Assembly: GCF_001194135.2 (NCBI RefSeq)
Contig: NC_068985.1
Span: 79,925,276 to 79,981,228 of the forward strand
Direction: 5' to 3'
DNA from: Octopus bimaculoides
Lineage: Eukaryota
DNA: 55,953 bases
The stretch's first letter is position 1. The number at the start of each line of letters is the position of its first letter. Positions 36,277 through 49,334 of the stretch are shown here, one piece after another. The notes below the pieces were generated by a model, which saw only the letters and a program-made list of their open reading frames with translations, was not told where the DNA came from and searched no databases. The position numbers and the translations under genes were made by a program.

Positions 36277-37111
36277 TGTGTGTGTATGTATATATGTGTG
36301 TATACATGTGTGTGCATGGGTGTAGGTGTGTGGGTATGTGTGTGCATGTGTATATATATGTATTTATATATATATGTATATATATATCTACTCCGCGTTT
36401 CGAAGGCAGCGGAGTAGATGGAACAGGGACAACTGACGAAGGGATATACTCTTTATGCTGCATGTCTCGTTTGTTTTTTTCGTTGTTCAAAAAAAGTTCG
36501 TTTTCTGTTTTCGTTTCTCATTGTGTTTAACATTTCTTTTGATGTCCTGTACCCATATATACATGTATATATACATATAGATGTAGGTATGTACATATAT
36601 GTATGGATATATGCATATATCTATATATTATTTATATTATTATATGATCGAATGCCATGCATCCTTTTCCAAGTTTTATATATATGTATATATCATTTAA
36701 TGTTCATTTCCCACACTAGCATGGTTTAGATGGTTTGACAAGTGCTGGTAAGCTAGAGACCTACACCAGTCTCCAGTTATCTGTTTTGGCTTGGTTTCTG
36801 TGGCTGGATTCCCTTCTTAACACCAACCACTCTACAGAGTATATTGGTTGTGATTGACACAGGTGCCTTTTATGTCACCAGCATGGGTACTCTTTACATG
36901 TTACCAGCACAGATGCCTTTTACTTGTCAGCTTTTTATCATAATGGGTGTCAAAAATCACCCTCCTCACAAGCAAATTTAGTGAAGTTACTGGTTTAATT
37001 GTTAATGGCCTGACGAAACTCAAGTTGTGCTGACTTACAGTGTTACCTGTAGCAGACCTCTGATTATCAGATCAATACTATATTTTCTTCTCTCTTTGAA
37101 AACCTGGCAAC

Positions 37112-37178
37112 TTAAATTATCATACATTAAATTATCATACATTAAATTATCATACATTAAATTATCATACATTAAATT
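37112..37178. repeat. Tandem 15-mer TTAAATTATCATACA x4 plus partial unit
   Basis: Four perfect units (37112-37171) read directly. Confidence 0.95.
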
Positions 37179-37207
37179 TTTATCAATAACAGTGTTGTAT
37201 AACTTAC

Positions 37208-37355
37208 TTGCAAACGAAATTTAGTTTTTCTTTATTCAGTTTTGGTAAAGGATTCAACATTAACTGCTTAAGATCTTTGTTAGAGAATCCAATCTGAGAT
37301 GCACAGACATTGCTTTCAGTTTCAACATTATGCAAAGAACATTTGTAATCTTTTC
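37208..37355 (-). CDS. Receptor-like gene, domain 2 exon a
   Basis: tttcctttcatttgcag|GA AAA...TGC AA|gtaagt; 148 nt, phase 1 to 2; KDYKCSLHNVETESNVC...KLNFVC; same length as 54908-54761. Confidence 0.88.
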
Positions 37356-38150
37356 CTGCAAATGAAAGGAAAAAACAATAAAAATCATTAGTGACTTATA
37401 GGGACATTATGCAACCATAATATACTACAAAGTATATGAAATGTTTTTATAAGTCAATACCATGTATTTCTGTGTTAGCAGTGCTATTACACCACTTATT
37501 AAGGTTATTTCTGCAGGTTTTCCATAGAAATTATAACCAGTATTGATTTTGTTATGATGTCTTGTATCTGAGATACCTGATGTAAACAACAATTAGATCA
37601 AAGAGGAAATGTGCGTATATGACACATTTTAGTTTTTGCTCTTTCAACAGCACCCATCCTAACCATTAGAGATAACCTTAACAAGTAATAAAGAAACAAT
37701 ACATATAAAGTATGAGCAAGACAGGGCCTTCTGAACCATCTGGGAAGGGCAGTGTCTCCGAATAACAACATACTTAGACTGTGACAACTTGTCCAACTCA
37801 TGTCAGTGTAGAAACCAGATGTAAAATAATGATGATATTGGTGATGGTTATGGTGGTGGTGGTGGTGGTTGTGGTGGTGGTGAGATTGATGATGATCATA
37901 AAACTAATGATACTAATGACAGCATGCCTGTGTGCTAAGAAGTTTGCTTTCTAACCACATGGTTTCAAGTTCAGTCCCACTGCCAAGCGCCTTTTGCAAG
38001 TGTCTTCTGCAGCTCTAAACTGACCAAAGCCAGCCTTGTCAGTGCATTTTTTAGAGGAAAACTGAAAGAAGCCCACCATATATAATTATATATATATATA
38101 TGTATATATATAATTATATATACTCTATTAAAAAGCAGCAAAAATATAAC

Positions 38151-38200
38151 AAAAGCTGTTACTCAGAGTTTCACATTCCCGTTCGTCGGACAGTTCTTTT
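38151..38200 (-). ncRNA. Minimal type I hammerhead-ribozyme-like motif (U4C variant)
   Basis: Minus strand reads AAAAG-AA-CUGU / CCGACGA / AC-GGGAAU-GU / GAAA / CUC-U-GAG / UA / ACAG-CUUUU: stem I, core (CUGANGA with U4 changed to C), stem II, GAAA, short stem III, GUA cleavage triplet. Confidence 0.5.
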
Positions 38201-38334
38201 ATTTTAACAAAAGGAATCGATGTTACTGCCATTTTAACCCCAGGAAGATGCTTTGAACAATTGCAAGGATCTAAAGTATATAAATATAAATATATTCATA
38301 TATCATATATCCAAGAAAAAAAGACACTCCAAAG

Positions 38335-38533
38335 CAGGAGACTCTAAGGTAGTTGCTATCGAGTCCTGGAGGTCGATGGGACTATTCAAGGGGTTGATAA
38401 ATGTCTGGAAAACTTCACATCTGCTTAATTATTACTATTATTTGTTTATTTTCTTGTACATGGCTGGTGGGGTCAATGAGGGGTCAAGGATTCCATGAAG
38501 GGGTCGATGGTGTAAAATGTTTGGGGAACCCTG
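38335..38533. mobile_element. hAT MITE with 8-bp TSD
   Basis: CAGG...CCCTG termini; flanks CTCCAAAG (38327-38334) and CTCTAAAG (38534-38541), 7/8 identical. Confidence 0.65.
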
Positions 38534-38652
38534 CTCTAAAGCATAGAGCAGTAAGGTATTTAAACAAATAAATAAATATATATATATAAAATTATAATTG
38601 AGGGTGTCTAAGATACCACCATGCTAGAAACGGCAGCCAGAGCCTGACTCCA

Positions 38653-38950
38653 AAATCCCCTTCGGTCATGACTGAACATGAGATTGCACCTAGAAAGTTA
38701 CCCTCCCTGGCACAAGTCCGGGCAAGGTTGTTTATGTAAGACCAGCAGTCACCCATGCATACTGGCCTCCCCTCTCCACGCCACCAGTGTTATCCAAGGG
38801 AAAGGCAAAGGCCGATACAGTTTGGCACCTGTGATGTCGCAACTCATTTCTACAGCTGAGTAAACTGGAGCAATGTGAAATAAAGTGTCTTGCTCAAGAA
38901 TGCAACACGCAGCCTGGTCCGGGATTCGAACTCACGATCATAAGCTCAAC
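38653..38950 (-). mobile_element. SINE family E
   Basis: Inverted relative of 22188-22520; B box GAGTTCGAATCCC. Confidence 0.8.
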
Positions 38951-39455
38951 ATATATNNNNNNNNNNNNNNNNNNNNNNNNNNNNNNNNNNNNNNNNNNNN
39001 NNNNNNNNNNNNNNNNNNNNNNNNNNNNNNNNNNNNNNNNNNNNNNNNNNNNNNNNNNNNNNNNNNNNNNNNNNNNNNNNNNNNNNNNNNNNNNNNNNNN
39101 NNNNNNNNNNNNNNNNNNNNNNNNNNNNNNNNNNNNNNNNNNNNNNNNNNNNNNNNNNNNNNNNNNNNNNNNNNNNNNNNNNNNNNNNNNNNNNNNNNNN
39201 NNNNNNNNNNNNNNNNNNNNNNNNNNNNNNNNNNNNNNNNNNNNNNNNNNNNNNNNNNNNNNNNNNNNNNNNNNNNNNNNNNNNNNNNNNNNNNNNNNNN
39301 NNNNNNNNNNNNNNNNNNNNNNNNNNNNNNNNNNNNNNNNNNNNNNNNNNNNNNNNNNNNNNNNNNNNNNNNNNNNNNNNNNNNNNNNNNNNNNNNNNNN
39401 NNNNNNNNNNNNNNNNNNNNNNNNNNNNNNNNNNNNNNNNNNNNNNNNNNNNNNN

Positions 39456-39707
39456 AACCTGCTTCTCCAACATACTGAGAATTCAGAAATAGCAGTCAAA
39501 GAACTACTGATTTCAAAACTACAAATTATTACTCCAGATTGATAGCGATATCAATGTATATATATGTATGCGCGTGTATATGTTTGTGTGTCTGTGTATG
39601 TCCCCCTCAACATATCGCTATCAATCTGGAGTAATAATTTGTAGTTTTGAAATCAGTAGTTCTTTGACTGCTATTTCTGAATTCTCAGTATGTTGGAGAA
39701 GCAGGTT
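39456..39707. repeat. Perfect 96-bp inverted repeat with 60-nt spacer
   Basis: 39456-39551 is the exact reverse complement of 39612-39707; a diverged third copy lies near 39980-40050; the left arm abuts a gap. Confidence 0.85.
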
Positions 39708-39731
39708 ACTGTCAATCCCTATATATTTATG

Positions 39732-39765
<34 letters not shown>

Positions 39766-40223
39766 TACACACACATATGTATATATAAACATGGTGCCAC
39801 ATAAAAAGCACCCAGTCCACTTTGTAAAGTGATAGGCATTAGGAAGGGTACCCAGTTGTAAAAACCATGCCAAAACTGACATTGGGGCTTGGTACAGTCC
39901 TCTGGCTTGCCAGCTGTTTACGCTTTTCCCTCCGGTTTTTTGTTCTATGTGTGCCATAAATATCGCCATCCACTTTAGAGAAAATTTGTAGTTTGGAATC
40001 AGTAGTTCTTTGACTGCTATTTCTAAATTTTCAGTATGTTGGAGAAGCAACTCAATTGCTAATCCCTGTATATTTATATATATANNNNNNNNNNNNNNNN
40101 NNNNNNNNNNNNNNNNNNNNNNNNNNNNNNNNNNNNNNNNNNNNNNNNNNNNNNNNNNNNNNNNNNNNNNNNNNNNNNNNNNNNNNNNNNNNNNNNNNNN
40201 NNNNNNNNNNNNNNNNNNNNNNN

Positions 40224-40518
40224 TGGAAGCCTAGTACTTATTCTATCGGTCTCTTTTGCCGAACCGCTAAGTTACAGGGACGTAGACACACCACCATCGG
40301 TTGTCAAGCGATGTTGGGGGGGACATACACAGACACACAAACATATACACGCGCATACATATATATACATATATACGACAGGCTTCTTTCAGTTTCAGTC
40401 TACCAAATCCACTCACAAGGCTTTGGTCGGCCCGAGGCTATAGTAGAAGACACTTGCCCAAGATGCCACGCAGTGGGAATGAACCCGGAACCATGTGGTT
40501 GGTAGGCAAGCTACTTAC

Positions 40519-40522
<4 letters not shown>
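40224..40522 (-). mobile_element. SINE family B
   Basis: Colinear with 24146-24560; 3' part lost in gap. Confidence 0.8.
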
Positions 40523-40568
<46 letters not shown>

Positions 40569-41473
40569 TATATATATTCATATATGCATATACATCTATC
40601 TATCTATATTTATATATATTATATTATATTATATATATATATGTATATATATATTTATATATGTGTGAGTATGTGTATGGGTAAATATATATATAGATAC
40701 ACATATATACACACACACACACATGTGCGCTCACATGCACACACACATACACATACACACACACACACATTCTCTCCTCTTTTGCTGATTGTCTATTTCT
40801 TTTCAGTTTTTACTATTTTTAGATATATTTTTAAACCTCTTTGTAATATTCCATTATAATAATTACATTTTGCGCTATCTATCAAAATCTATGTGTATGA
40901 AGATACGAACTCTTCTTTCCATCTTTCCTAGACATCATTCAATGAAACTGATCGATTCAGTGTGCATTTGAATTTAATTATAGCACCATGCAATGTCTTT
41001 AGTAGGTAGTTAGACCAGTGTCGATTACCTCCTGTCTATGTGTGCTTAGCCATTCGTTTTTCTCTGAAAGGATCTTCTGCTCTTTAGCAACTTTTAGTCT
41101 GTGTTTGTTACTTTAATTTTTTTTTTTTTTTTTGCAGTATATTTTATATATAATCTTGATTTCAACAACAATATTTCAGGAAAACAGCTTAAATTTTTGG
41201 TCCTATAAATGTAGCATGCTTCCTTACTGTGTGAAATTGTTATAATTTTTTAATGTTTTATCTCTAATCTCCATCAGTTATCATTGCTAAATTACATTTA
41301 TTTGTATGGGATTTGTATTACTGTAAAAACCTAATAAATTCTCTAACTATGGTCTGTCTGTCTGAGTAGCTATCAATCTATGTTTTGTAAATTGATAATT
41401 CCTGGAACTTTAAGTTAAATAATTTGATATAAATAAATTCTATGCATCAATACATCATTCCATATTATACACA

Positions 41474-41528
<55 letters not shown>

Positions 41529-41564
41529 ACACACACTTACTCCACTTTCATGCACAAAGTATAT

Positions 41565-41611
<47 letters not shown>

Positions 41612-41617
<6 letters not shown>

Positions 41618-41926
41618 GTTGACAAAAAGTTTGTAGCATTTTTCAATAGGTAATGTTTAATCATGTGATCTGTTTTATCACATGACAGAAACATATGACA
41701 TATATTTTCTGAAAGAGATCTCAACGTATTTTCCTGTTTGAATTTTGTGTAGATTATTTACTTCTACTGTTCTTGTGATTAAATTGAAAATGAAGGAAGT
41801 GAAATACATTTTCATCATTTAATGCTCTTTTATTTCCGGTAAGGCAAAAATGCTGCACAAACAGCAAAGAAGATATGTGCTGTTTATGGAGATGGTGTCA
41901 TAGCTGAAAGTACTGTTTGTAAGTTG
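41612..41926 (+). mobile_element. Mariner 5' fragment
   Basis: TA|TTGGGTTG terminus in a TA run; degraded N-terminal HTH HFHHLMLFYFR*GKNAAQTAKKICAVYGDG. Confidence 0.75.
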
Positions 41927-42762
41927 TATTGAGTTGATCTGTGACCAAAGATATTTCAACTATGACCATCCCTTATTTAAATGTATGTAGGCCTACATCA
42001 TCTAATGTGTCCTTCACTCATTTAAGTCAGTCAGGTGTCATTTGACTGATATTTCTAATGGGTAAGTGACTATGTAGAAGATAGCTCATTGGTTTGAATG
42101 CATCTGAAATGTGTCACTATGGTGAAGTTCATCTCTAACATCAAATTCAGAATTCATCCATGATTGGGACCCCATGCCATATACACTTTACATAATTTAG
42201 GGTCACAGCACATAAGAAATACATTGCAACACAATTACTTTTCCTCAACACGACTGCTCTGTTTGACATTAATCCCAAAACAAATCAAAGAAGAAAAGGA
42301 TCACATCCCCTGCAAACAATATCTGAAAAATTTCTTCAAGGGATATCAGACAAGCTACCGATACCTGAATACATCTTAATCAGCAACTTTCTACTTGAAT
42401 GAGTCATGATACCACAAAACTTGACTTAAAAATGACTCAACAGGTGCTGTTATTAAGTTGCACAAGGCCTGAATCAACTTTTGGCCAGAATATACCTAAG
42501 TTTATCCTAGTTTATCTTTCACTTGTTTCAGTCACTGGGGCCATGTTGGGGCCATGATGAACCACTGTGTTGAAGGATCTCCAGTTGAATGTATCAGCTC
42601 CAGTACTTTTGTTAAACCTGGTACTTATTCTATTGGTCTCTTTTGCTGAACTGAGGATATAAAGCTATGAGGATATAAATACACCAATATCAGCCAACAA
42701 GCAATGAGGTGGTGGTGGTGGTGGTGGTGGGGGAGTCAAACACAGGCACAAAAACCACAAGC

Positions 42763-42797
<35 letters not shown>

Positions 42798-42982
42798 TAT
42801 ATATATACATACGTATATACCTCAATTGTTACCTTTGAATAGTGAGGCATTTTCCCCTCCATATTTTNNNNNNNNNNNNNNNNNNNNNNNNNNNNNNNNN
42901 NNNNNNNNNNNNNNNNNNNNNNNNNNNNNNNNNNNNNNNNNNNNNNNNNNNNNNNNNNNNNNNNNNNNNNNNNNNNNNNNNN

Positions 42983-43019
<37 letters not shown>

Positions 43020-43609
43020 TATATATATACATACGTATATACCTCAATTGTTACCTTTGAATAGTGAGGCATTTTCCCCTCCATATTTTTAAGAGGTCAT
43101 GGGCCAACAGGTTTTTGGGATCTGATGATACGCCATAAAGCTAAACCCTCTATCGATAGGAAATCTAAGGTAATCCTATACGCCGGCCTTCCTCATTTTT
43201 AATATATATATATATGCACACAATGAGCTACTTTCAGCTTCCGTCAACCAAATCCACTCACAAGGATACAGTAAAAGAAACTTGCCCAAAGTGACATGTA
43301 GTGGGACTGAACCCAGAACCATGTGGTTAGGAAGAAAGCTTCTTACCCCTACACCTATTTTTATCTCTGTTTTGCTTACAAAAAGATTTGAACACAGCAT
43401 TTACCAATTAAACAAAACATTGAAATACATACATATCTTAGCTGCTTGCTGTAGCGAATCGTACCACTCAGAATACATATTTGGTACTATGTAGACTGGG
43501 ATTTTGCAGCACTACTGATGGAAGCCAGATTGTGGACTCTGTACAACCAGTCCAATATTTCATTGACTTCAGTAGTGCAGCTAAATTCAGCAGTGGGGGT
43601 GGGGGGCTC

Positions 43610-44049
43610 TGATTATCACCTCTTTGAAACTTTGAAGCAGAAATGATGTGGCAAGCTGAGCCATGATGTCCTGTTTTTGTAGGACAATGCACCAACACAC
43701 ACAGTACAATGAAACTCTGTGGAAAATATGCAACTCTGGCTTCGAATTTGTAGACCACCCACCTTACTCTCCTGACTTGGCCCTCTCCAACTATCACCTC
43801 TTTCCACAACTGAAGAAACATCTCAAGGGAACAGAATTTCACTCCAATTTGGGAGTGATCGCTGCTACAGAGACACAGGCCTGGTTGGAGGCTCAACATT
43901 ACGAATTCTTTTACAGGGCTTAGAAAACTGAAGGGCTGCTGCAATATGTGCGAATCTGAGAGGGGCATATATTGAATAAACTCATAATTAACTGATCCTC
44001 CTGTGTTTTCTTTTACTCAAAGCCAGGAACTTTTCAGCACCCCTTCATA
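43610..44049 (+). mobile_element. Mariner 3' fragment with TIR
   Basis: DNAP and HPPYSPDLA motifs; ends AAGCCAGGAACTTTTCAGCACCCCTTCATA. Confidence 0.88.
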
Positions 44050-44072
44050 GTCTAGTATCTCTNNNNNNNNNN

Positions 44073-44133
<61 letters not shown>

Positions 44134-44257
44134 CTTTCTGTCTGCCTGTCTGTCTGTCTCTGTCTCTATCTCTGTCTCTCCGTCTTTTTCTCTTATATAA
44201 AATTTCTTGTATACTCTGTTAAAAGACATAAAGACAGTGTGATAATTTGAAATTTAC

Positions 44258-44400
44258 CTTTGTTGGTGAATTTACATGTTCCTGGGGGCAGAGGCAAAGC
44301 AAGTTCAGTCTCCAGCAATACTTTCATAAAACCTGCTGCCTTTGGACCACACGATCGCTCTATCCAGTTAGCTACACATGTAGTCAACTTATCAATTTTA
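44258..44400 (-). CDS. Receptor-like gene, domain 1 exon d
   Basis: ctttttcatatttcag|T AAA...AAA G|gtaaat; 143 nt, phase 2 to 1; KIDKLTTCVANWIERSCGPKAAGFMKVLL...PGTC. Confidence 0.88.
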
Positions 44401-44644
44401 CTGAAATATGAAAAAGACAAAAATGAACATAACAAAAATCATAATAAAAGTAAAAATGAACAAAAACATCTACATTAAAACTGGCAATGTTCAGCATTGG
44501 AAAAACTGAGTTGGTAGAAATATCAGACAAAGTGCCCTGCAGTATTAAGTTACATCTCTTTGTGTTCTGTGTTCAAATCTTGATGAAGTCGATTTTGATT
44601 TTCATCCTTTTGCAGTAAGTACCAGTCTTATATAAAACTGATGA

Positions 44645-45010
44645 ATGGATGAATGGATGAATGAACACCACCTTCCCAAGATCTGTCTCTACGGTGAACT
44701 GTCTGAAGGAAAACGTCCTCATGGAGCCCCCTTGAGGCGGTACAAGGACCAACTCAAATCAACCTTGAAAAGCACCAACATCGACCCCGCACACTGGGAG
44801 GATATCTTGGCAAACAGACCCCTCTGGAGACACACCATCAAAATGGGTTCAGCGGACTTTGAGAAAGCCTGAGTCGCAAGAGCTGAACTCAAGAGACAGG
44901 AAAGAAAGCAGCGCCTTCTCCTTCCGAAACCAACCCCTTCTATCCCTTGTCCACAATGTCCCCATATGTTTCATGCAACCCTTGGCTTGTGGAGCCATCT
45001 GCGGTTCAAA
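44645..45010 (+). mobile_element. RTE-clade LINE 3' ORF fragment (second family)
   Basis: LPKICLYGELSEGKRPHGAPLRRYKDQLK...WRHTIK...CPQC. Confidence 0.85.
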
Positions 45011-45172
45011 CACCCAGGAAAATGAACTGGATTGCAAGCTCGGAAACACGAGACGCAGCCAACTATATAAAACTCATATTTCTAGATGTGTTTTGAGTAA
45101 CTGCAATCATCCACAGAGTGGTGCACTACTACTAGGGTTTTGTTGTCATCCATTTGTTGCAAATAGCTGATA

Positions 45173-46097
45173 AGTGTGGCTGTGTAGTAAGAAGCTTGCT
45201 TACCAACCACATGGTTCCAGGTTCATTCCCACTGCATGGCACCTTGGGCAAGTGTCTTCTACTAAAGCTTTGGGCCAACCAAAACCTTGTGAGTGGATTT
45301 GGAAAAACAGAAACTGAAAAAAAAACCCATTGTATATATGTGTGNNNNNNNNNNNNNNNNNNNNNNNNNNNNNNNNNNNNNNNNNNNNNNNNNNNNNNNN
45401 NNNNNNNNNNNNNNNNNNNNNNNNNNNNNNNNNNNNNNNNNNNNNNNNNNNNNNNNNNNNNNNNNNNNNNNNNNNNNNNTGTGTGTTTGTGTCTGTGTTT
45501 GTCCCCTCACCATCACTTGACAGCCAATATTGGTATGTTTATGTCCCTGTAATTTAGCAGTTCAACAAAAGAGACCGAAAGAATAAGTACGAGGCTTACA
45601 AAGAATAAGTTCTGGGTTCAATTTCTCTGACTAAAACCCGATAAGGTAATGCTCCAGCATGGACCACAGTCAAATGATTGAAACAAGTTAAAGAATAAAA
45701 GAATAAAAATAATTCTTAAAAGTAAAGGAATTGTTAAATAATGTAAGACATAGGTGCAAGCATGACTGTGTGGTAAGAAGGTTCTGGGTTCAGTCCCACT
45801 GCGTGGCACCTTGGACAAATGTCTTCCACTACAATCTTGGGCCAACCAAGTCCTTGTGGGTGTATTTGGTAGACAGAAACTGAAAGAAGCTTGTTGTATA
45901 TGCATATGTACGTGTGTGTGTGTCTGTGTGTCTGTGTTTGTTCCCCACCACCACTTGACAATTAGTTTTGGTATTTTAGTGGTTCAGTACGAGGCTTTAA
46001 AAAAAGTATTAGAGTCAGTTCATTTGACTAAAAGTTCTTCAAGATGATGCCCCAGCATGGCTGCAGCCTAATGACTGAAGCAGATAAAATATAAAAG
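45173..46097 (+). mobile_element. Two head-to-tail SINE family B copies (about 45173-45708 and 45753-46097)
   Basis: Each has a head, B box, internal microsatellite and GACTGAA 3' end. Confidence 0.8.
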
Positions 46098-46321
46098 ACA
46101 TATCAATATATGTATGCTGAAGAAGGGAGTATACTGAGATGATGTGACCTCTCCACACAGCTCCTGGCATACTCTTATGTAATTTTTCAGAAGTTTGACT
46201 TGTTTTCAATATTTCATTATTGTACTTTGTAGATTTATACACTTCTAACTTCTTAGTTTATGGTGCTCAGTCTCCTAACAATAATACAGTTGCATTAGAC
46301 ACAAGAAAATGTTTGGGCACT

Positions 46322-46647
46322 TGTAAAGTGGCATGTGAAAAGACATTCGAGCGAGATCGTTGCCAGTGCCGCTGGACTGGCTCCTGTGCAGGTGGCACGT
46401 AAAATATACCATTTCGAGTGTGGCCGTTGCCAGTACCGCCTGACTGGCCTTCGTGCTGGTGGCACATAAAAGCACCCACTACACTCTCTGAGTGGTTGGC
46501 GTTAGGAAGGGCATCCAGCTGTAGAAACTCTGCCAAATCAGATTGGAGCCTGGTGTTGCCTTCGGGTTCCACCAGTCCTCAGTCAAATCGTCCAACCCAT
46601 TCTAGCATGGAAAGCGGACGTTAAACGATGATGATGATGATGATGAT
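46322..46647 (+). mobile_element. RTE LINE 3'UTR copy (family A)
   Basis: Ends GGACGTTAAAC(GAT)n. Confidence 0.85.
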
Positions 46648-47868
46648 ATGAAAATAGAAAAAAGTGTGTCATATATGCCAGTAAATGCAGTAATTCAGAG
46701 GTATGCTATGACATCAGCTTTTTCTTTCCACATGAAATAGATACAAAGTCAAGTATCAGCTTATTTAAGCTTCCAGATATATGTCCCATAGTAATAACCT
46801 ATTGATAATTTCATACAAACTAAAAGGTGATGCTTACAGGATCTAGGGTACTAAATAATGGCCTGGACCTGCTTTGGGGTACTAGGATGTGTGTCCTTTG
46901 TGCTCCTCCTATTCCACACACCTGAGAACAAGTTGCAGGTTCATTGCTGGTTGGACCAGTATTGGGTGGAGACTGCAATATATTCTTTGAATGGATCCCT
47001 CTACCTAAGATCCAAATGCATCCCATGTTAACCTACATAATGGACAATGTGGCATGGTTATTCTTTGAAGCATTTTTCATATTCCAACTTCTACTGGTTT
47101 TATTTGTACCAGGTACCAACCTGGTATTTGTATTGGATTTGCAGGTTATTATATAGTCTTGAAATTTATTTCTCAATCATTACCATTATAAAGTTCCAAG
47201 CTAAGGATTAACTTTATGAAATCCTTACACTCCTGAAAACATTTATTTATAAAGTTCTTGGATATTTGAAATTATCCCTAACAGTCAAAAACAGACAACT
47301 CTCAATTAGTTTGACCATTTACCCATTGTCTTGGGAGAAATTCTAGTTTAATTTAATTACAACTTCCTCTTTGTCATACAATAAAAATCATATATTTTTA
47401 AGATAAAAGAAGCTTGTATTTAGTTGTTTGACTTAGTAGAAATATCAGCCAAACTGCCTGCAAATATAATCCTTGGTATCATAAACATAGAAAGACAATG
47501 AAAAATATAGTTCTAAATATCCCCCCAAAAGACATCATGAGTTGTTTTTGTTCCCGATATAGTTTAGTCTCAGGTTAGCTCTGACTGAGTAGACCCCACT
47601 GAACAAGAGCATTCTAGCTATGAGTTTCCCATTGCTTTTAATCCATGTACATGGAGCCCAAGATCACATTGTCTAATGTATCCTTTCCCTGTGAAGGTGA
47701 GTATGATTTGACAGAGATTTAGTTGCTGTTGTTAGCAGGTCATATGATCCTGTTATGATGCTATGAGTCTCTTATTGATTTGGAAGGGTGATCATGTGAT
47801 GTGCTTGCTGGATCAGGATTTACCTTGTGAGAACAACAACTAGTTTTAATGACATTAAGTTAACTTAC

Positions 47869-47965
47869 CTGCATTCATCAACACGTGGTAGAATAATGCT
47901 TTCACAGCTTTTCATGGCAGGGAGTGTTTCAATATATTTCAAACAAGGCTGTACATCAATGTAAG
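47869..47965 (-). CDS. Receptor-like gene, domain 1 exon c
   Basis: ttttacttgtctttag|CT TAC...TGC AG|gtaagt; 97 nt, phase 1 to 2; YIDVQPCLKYIETLPAMKSCESIILPRVDEC. Confidence 0.85.
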
Positions 47966-48074
47966 CTAAAGACAAGTAAAATGGTTGGAAAAAGAACATA
48001 AAGACATGAAATTAATTATTTTTCTTTATTATCATAAAACAATTCATTATTATAACATAATAATGGTTTCTAAG

Positions 48075-48505
48075 TTTGGCACAAGGTCAGCAAGTTCAGG
48101 GGAGGGATAAGTTGATTACATCAACCCCCAGTGCTCAACTGGTACTTATTTTATCAACCCAAAAGGGAAGAAAAGCAAAGTCGACTTTGATGGAATTTGA
48201 ACTCAGAACATAGAGATGGACAAAATGCTACTAAGCATTTTCCTCAGATGCAAATTATTTTGCCCATTCACAGCCTTATAATATAAGCCTTTCTACTATA
48301 GGCACAAGGCATGAAATTTGAGGGGAGGGGTTAAGTCTATAACATCAACCCCAGTACTCCACTAGTACTTAATTTATTGACCCCCAAAAGGATGAAAAGC
48401 AAAGTCGACCTTGGTGGAATTTGAACTTGGAATGTAAGGATGGATGAAATGTTGCTAAGCACTTTGCCCAGCAATGCTAACGATTCTGCTAGTCTGCCGC
48501 CTTAT
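48075..48505 (-). mobile_element. Two tandem SINE family C copies
   Basis: Both contain AAAGTCGAC..GGAATTTGAACT and end near the tRNA-like head. Confidence 0.7.
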
Positions 48506-49097
48506 TACTGTTATAATAAAATAATAATAATAAAATATAATTATATCAAGAGAGTATTGTAGTTCGCTTGAAACATTGTGTATTGTTTGTAAAGAATAAA
48601 AAGTTTTGAATGGTACAACAATGCACTATAATTTAAAAAATGGACTATATACTTGTTGTAATTTAGTTATCTATAGTCTGATGATATTTCGGAATACAAT
48701 TCCTTCTTAGATGGAGTCTCTGCTATAAACTGTTTACTAACGGCTTTTTTTTTTTTTTTTTTTTNNNNNNNNNNNNNNNNNNNNNNNNNNNNNNNNNNNN
48801 NNNNNNNNNNNNNNNNNNNNNNNNNNNNNNNNNNNNNNNNNNNNNNNNNNNNNNNNNNNNNNNNNNNNNNNNNNNNNNNNNNNNNNNNNNNNNNNNNNNN
48901 NNNNNNNNNNNNNNNNNNNNNNNNNNNNNNNNNNNNNNNNNNNNNNNNNNNNNNNNNNNNNNNNNNNNNNNNNNNNNNNNNNNNNNNNNNNNNNNNNNNN
49001 NNNNNNNNNNNNNNNNNNNNNNNNNNNNNNNNNNNNNNNNNNNNNNNNNNNNNNNNNNNNNNGTGGGTGTAGGATTGGTGAGCTGATATTTGCAGAG

Positions 49098-49328
49098 CCG
49101 TTGCCAGTACCCCCTGACTGGCCTTCGTGCTGGTGGCATGTAAAAGCACCCACTACACTCTCAGAGTGGTTGGTGTTAGGAAAGGCATCCAGCTGTAGAA
49201 ACTCTGCCAAATCAGATTGGAGCCTGGTGTAGCCATCTGGTTTCACCAGTCCTCAGTCAAACCGTCCAACCCATGCTAGCATGGAAAGCGGACGTTAAAC
49301 GACGATGATGATGATGATGATGATGATG
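49098..49328 (+). mobile_element. RTE LINE 3'UTR copy (family A)
   Basis: Ends GGACGTTAAACGAC(GAT)n; 5' part in gap. Confidence 0.85.
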
Positions 49329-49334
49329 GTGCTA

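Noticed and set aside
36386-36460. 11-bp hairpin followed by CTGACGA
   Set aside because: There is no GAAA or stem I in the right place, so it is not a hammerhead.
42762-43087. Exact direct duplication of about 100 bp on both sides of gap 42868-42982
   Set aside because: Identical sequence flanking an N-run is the typical signature of unmerged contig overlap.
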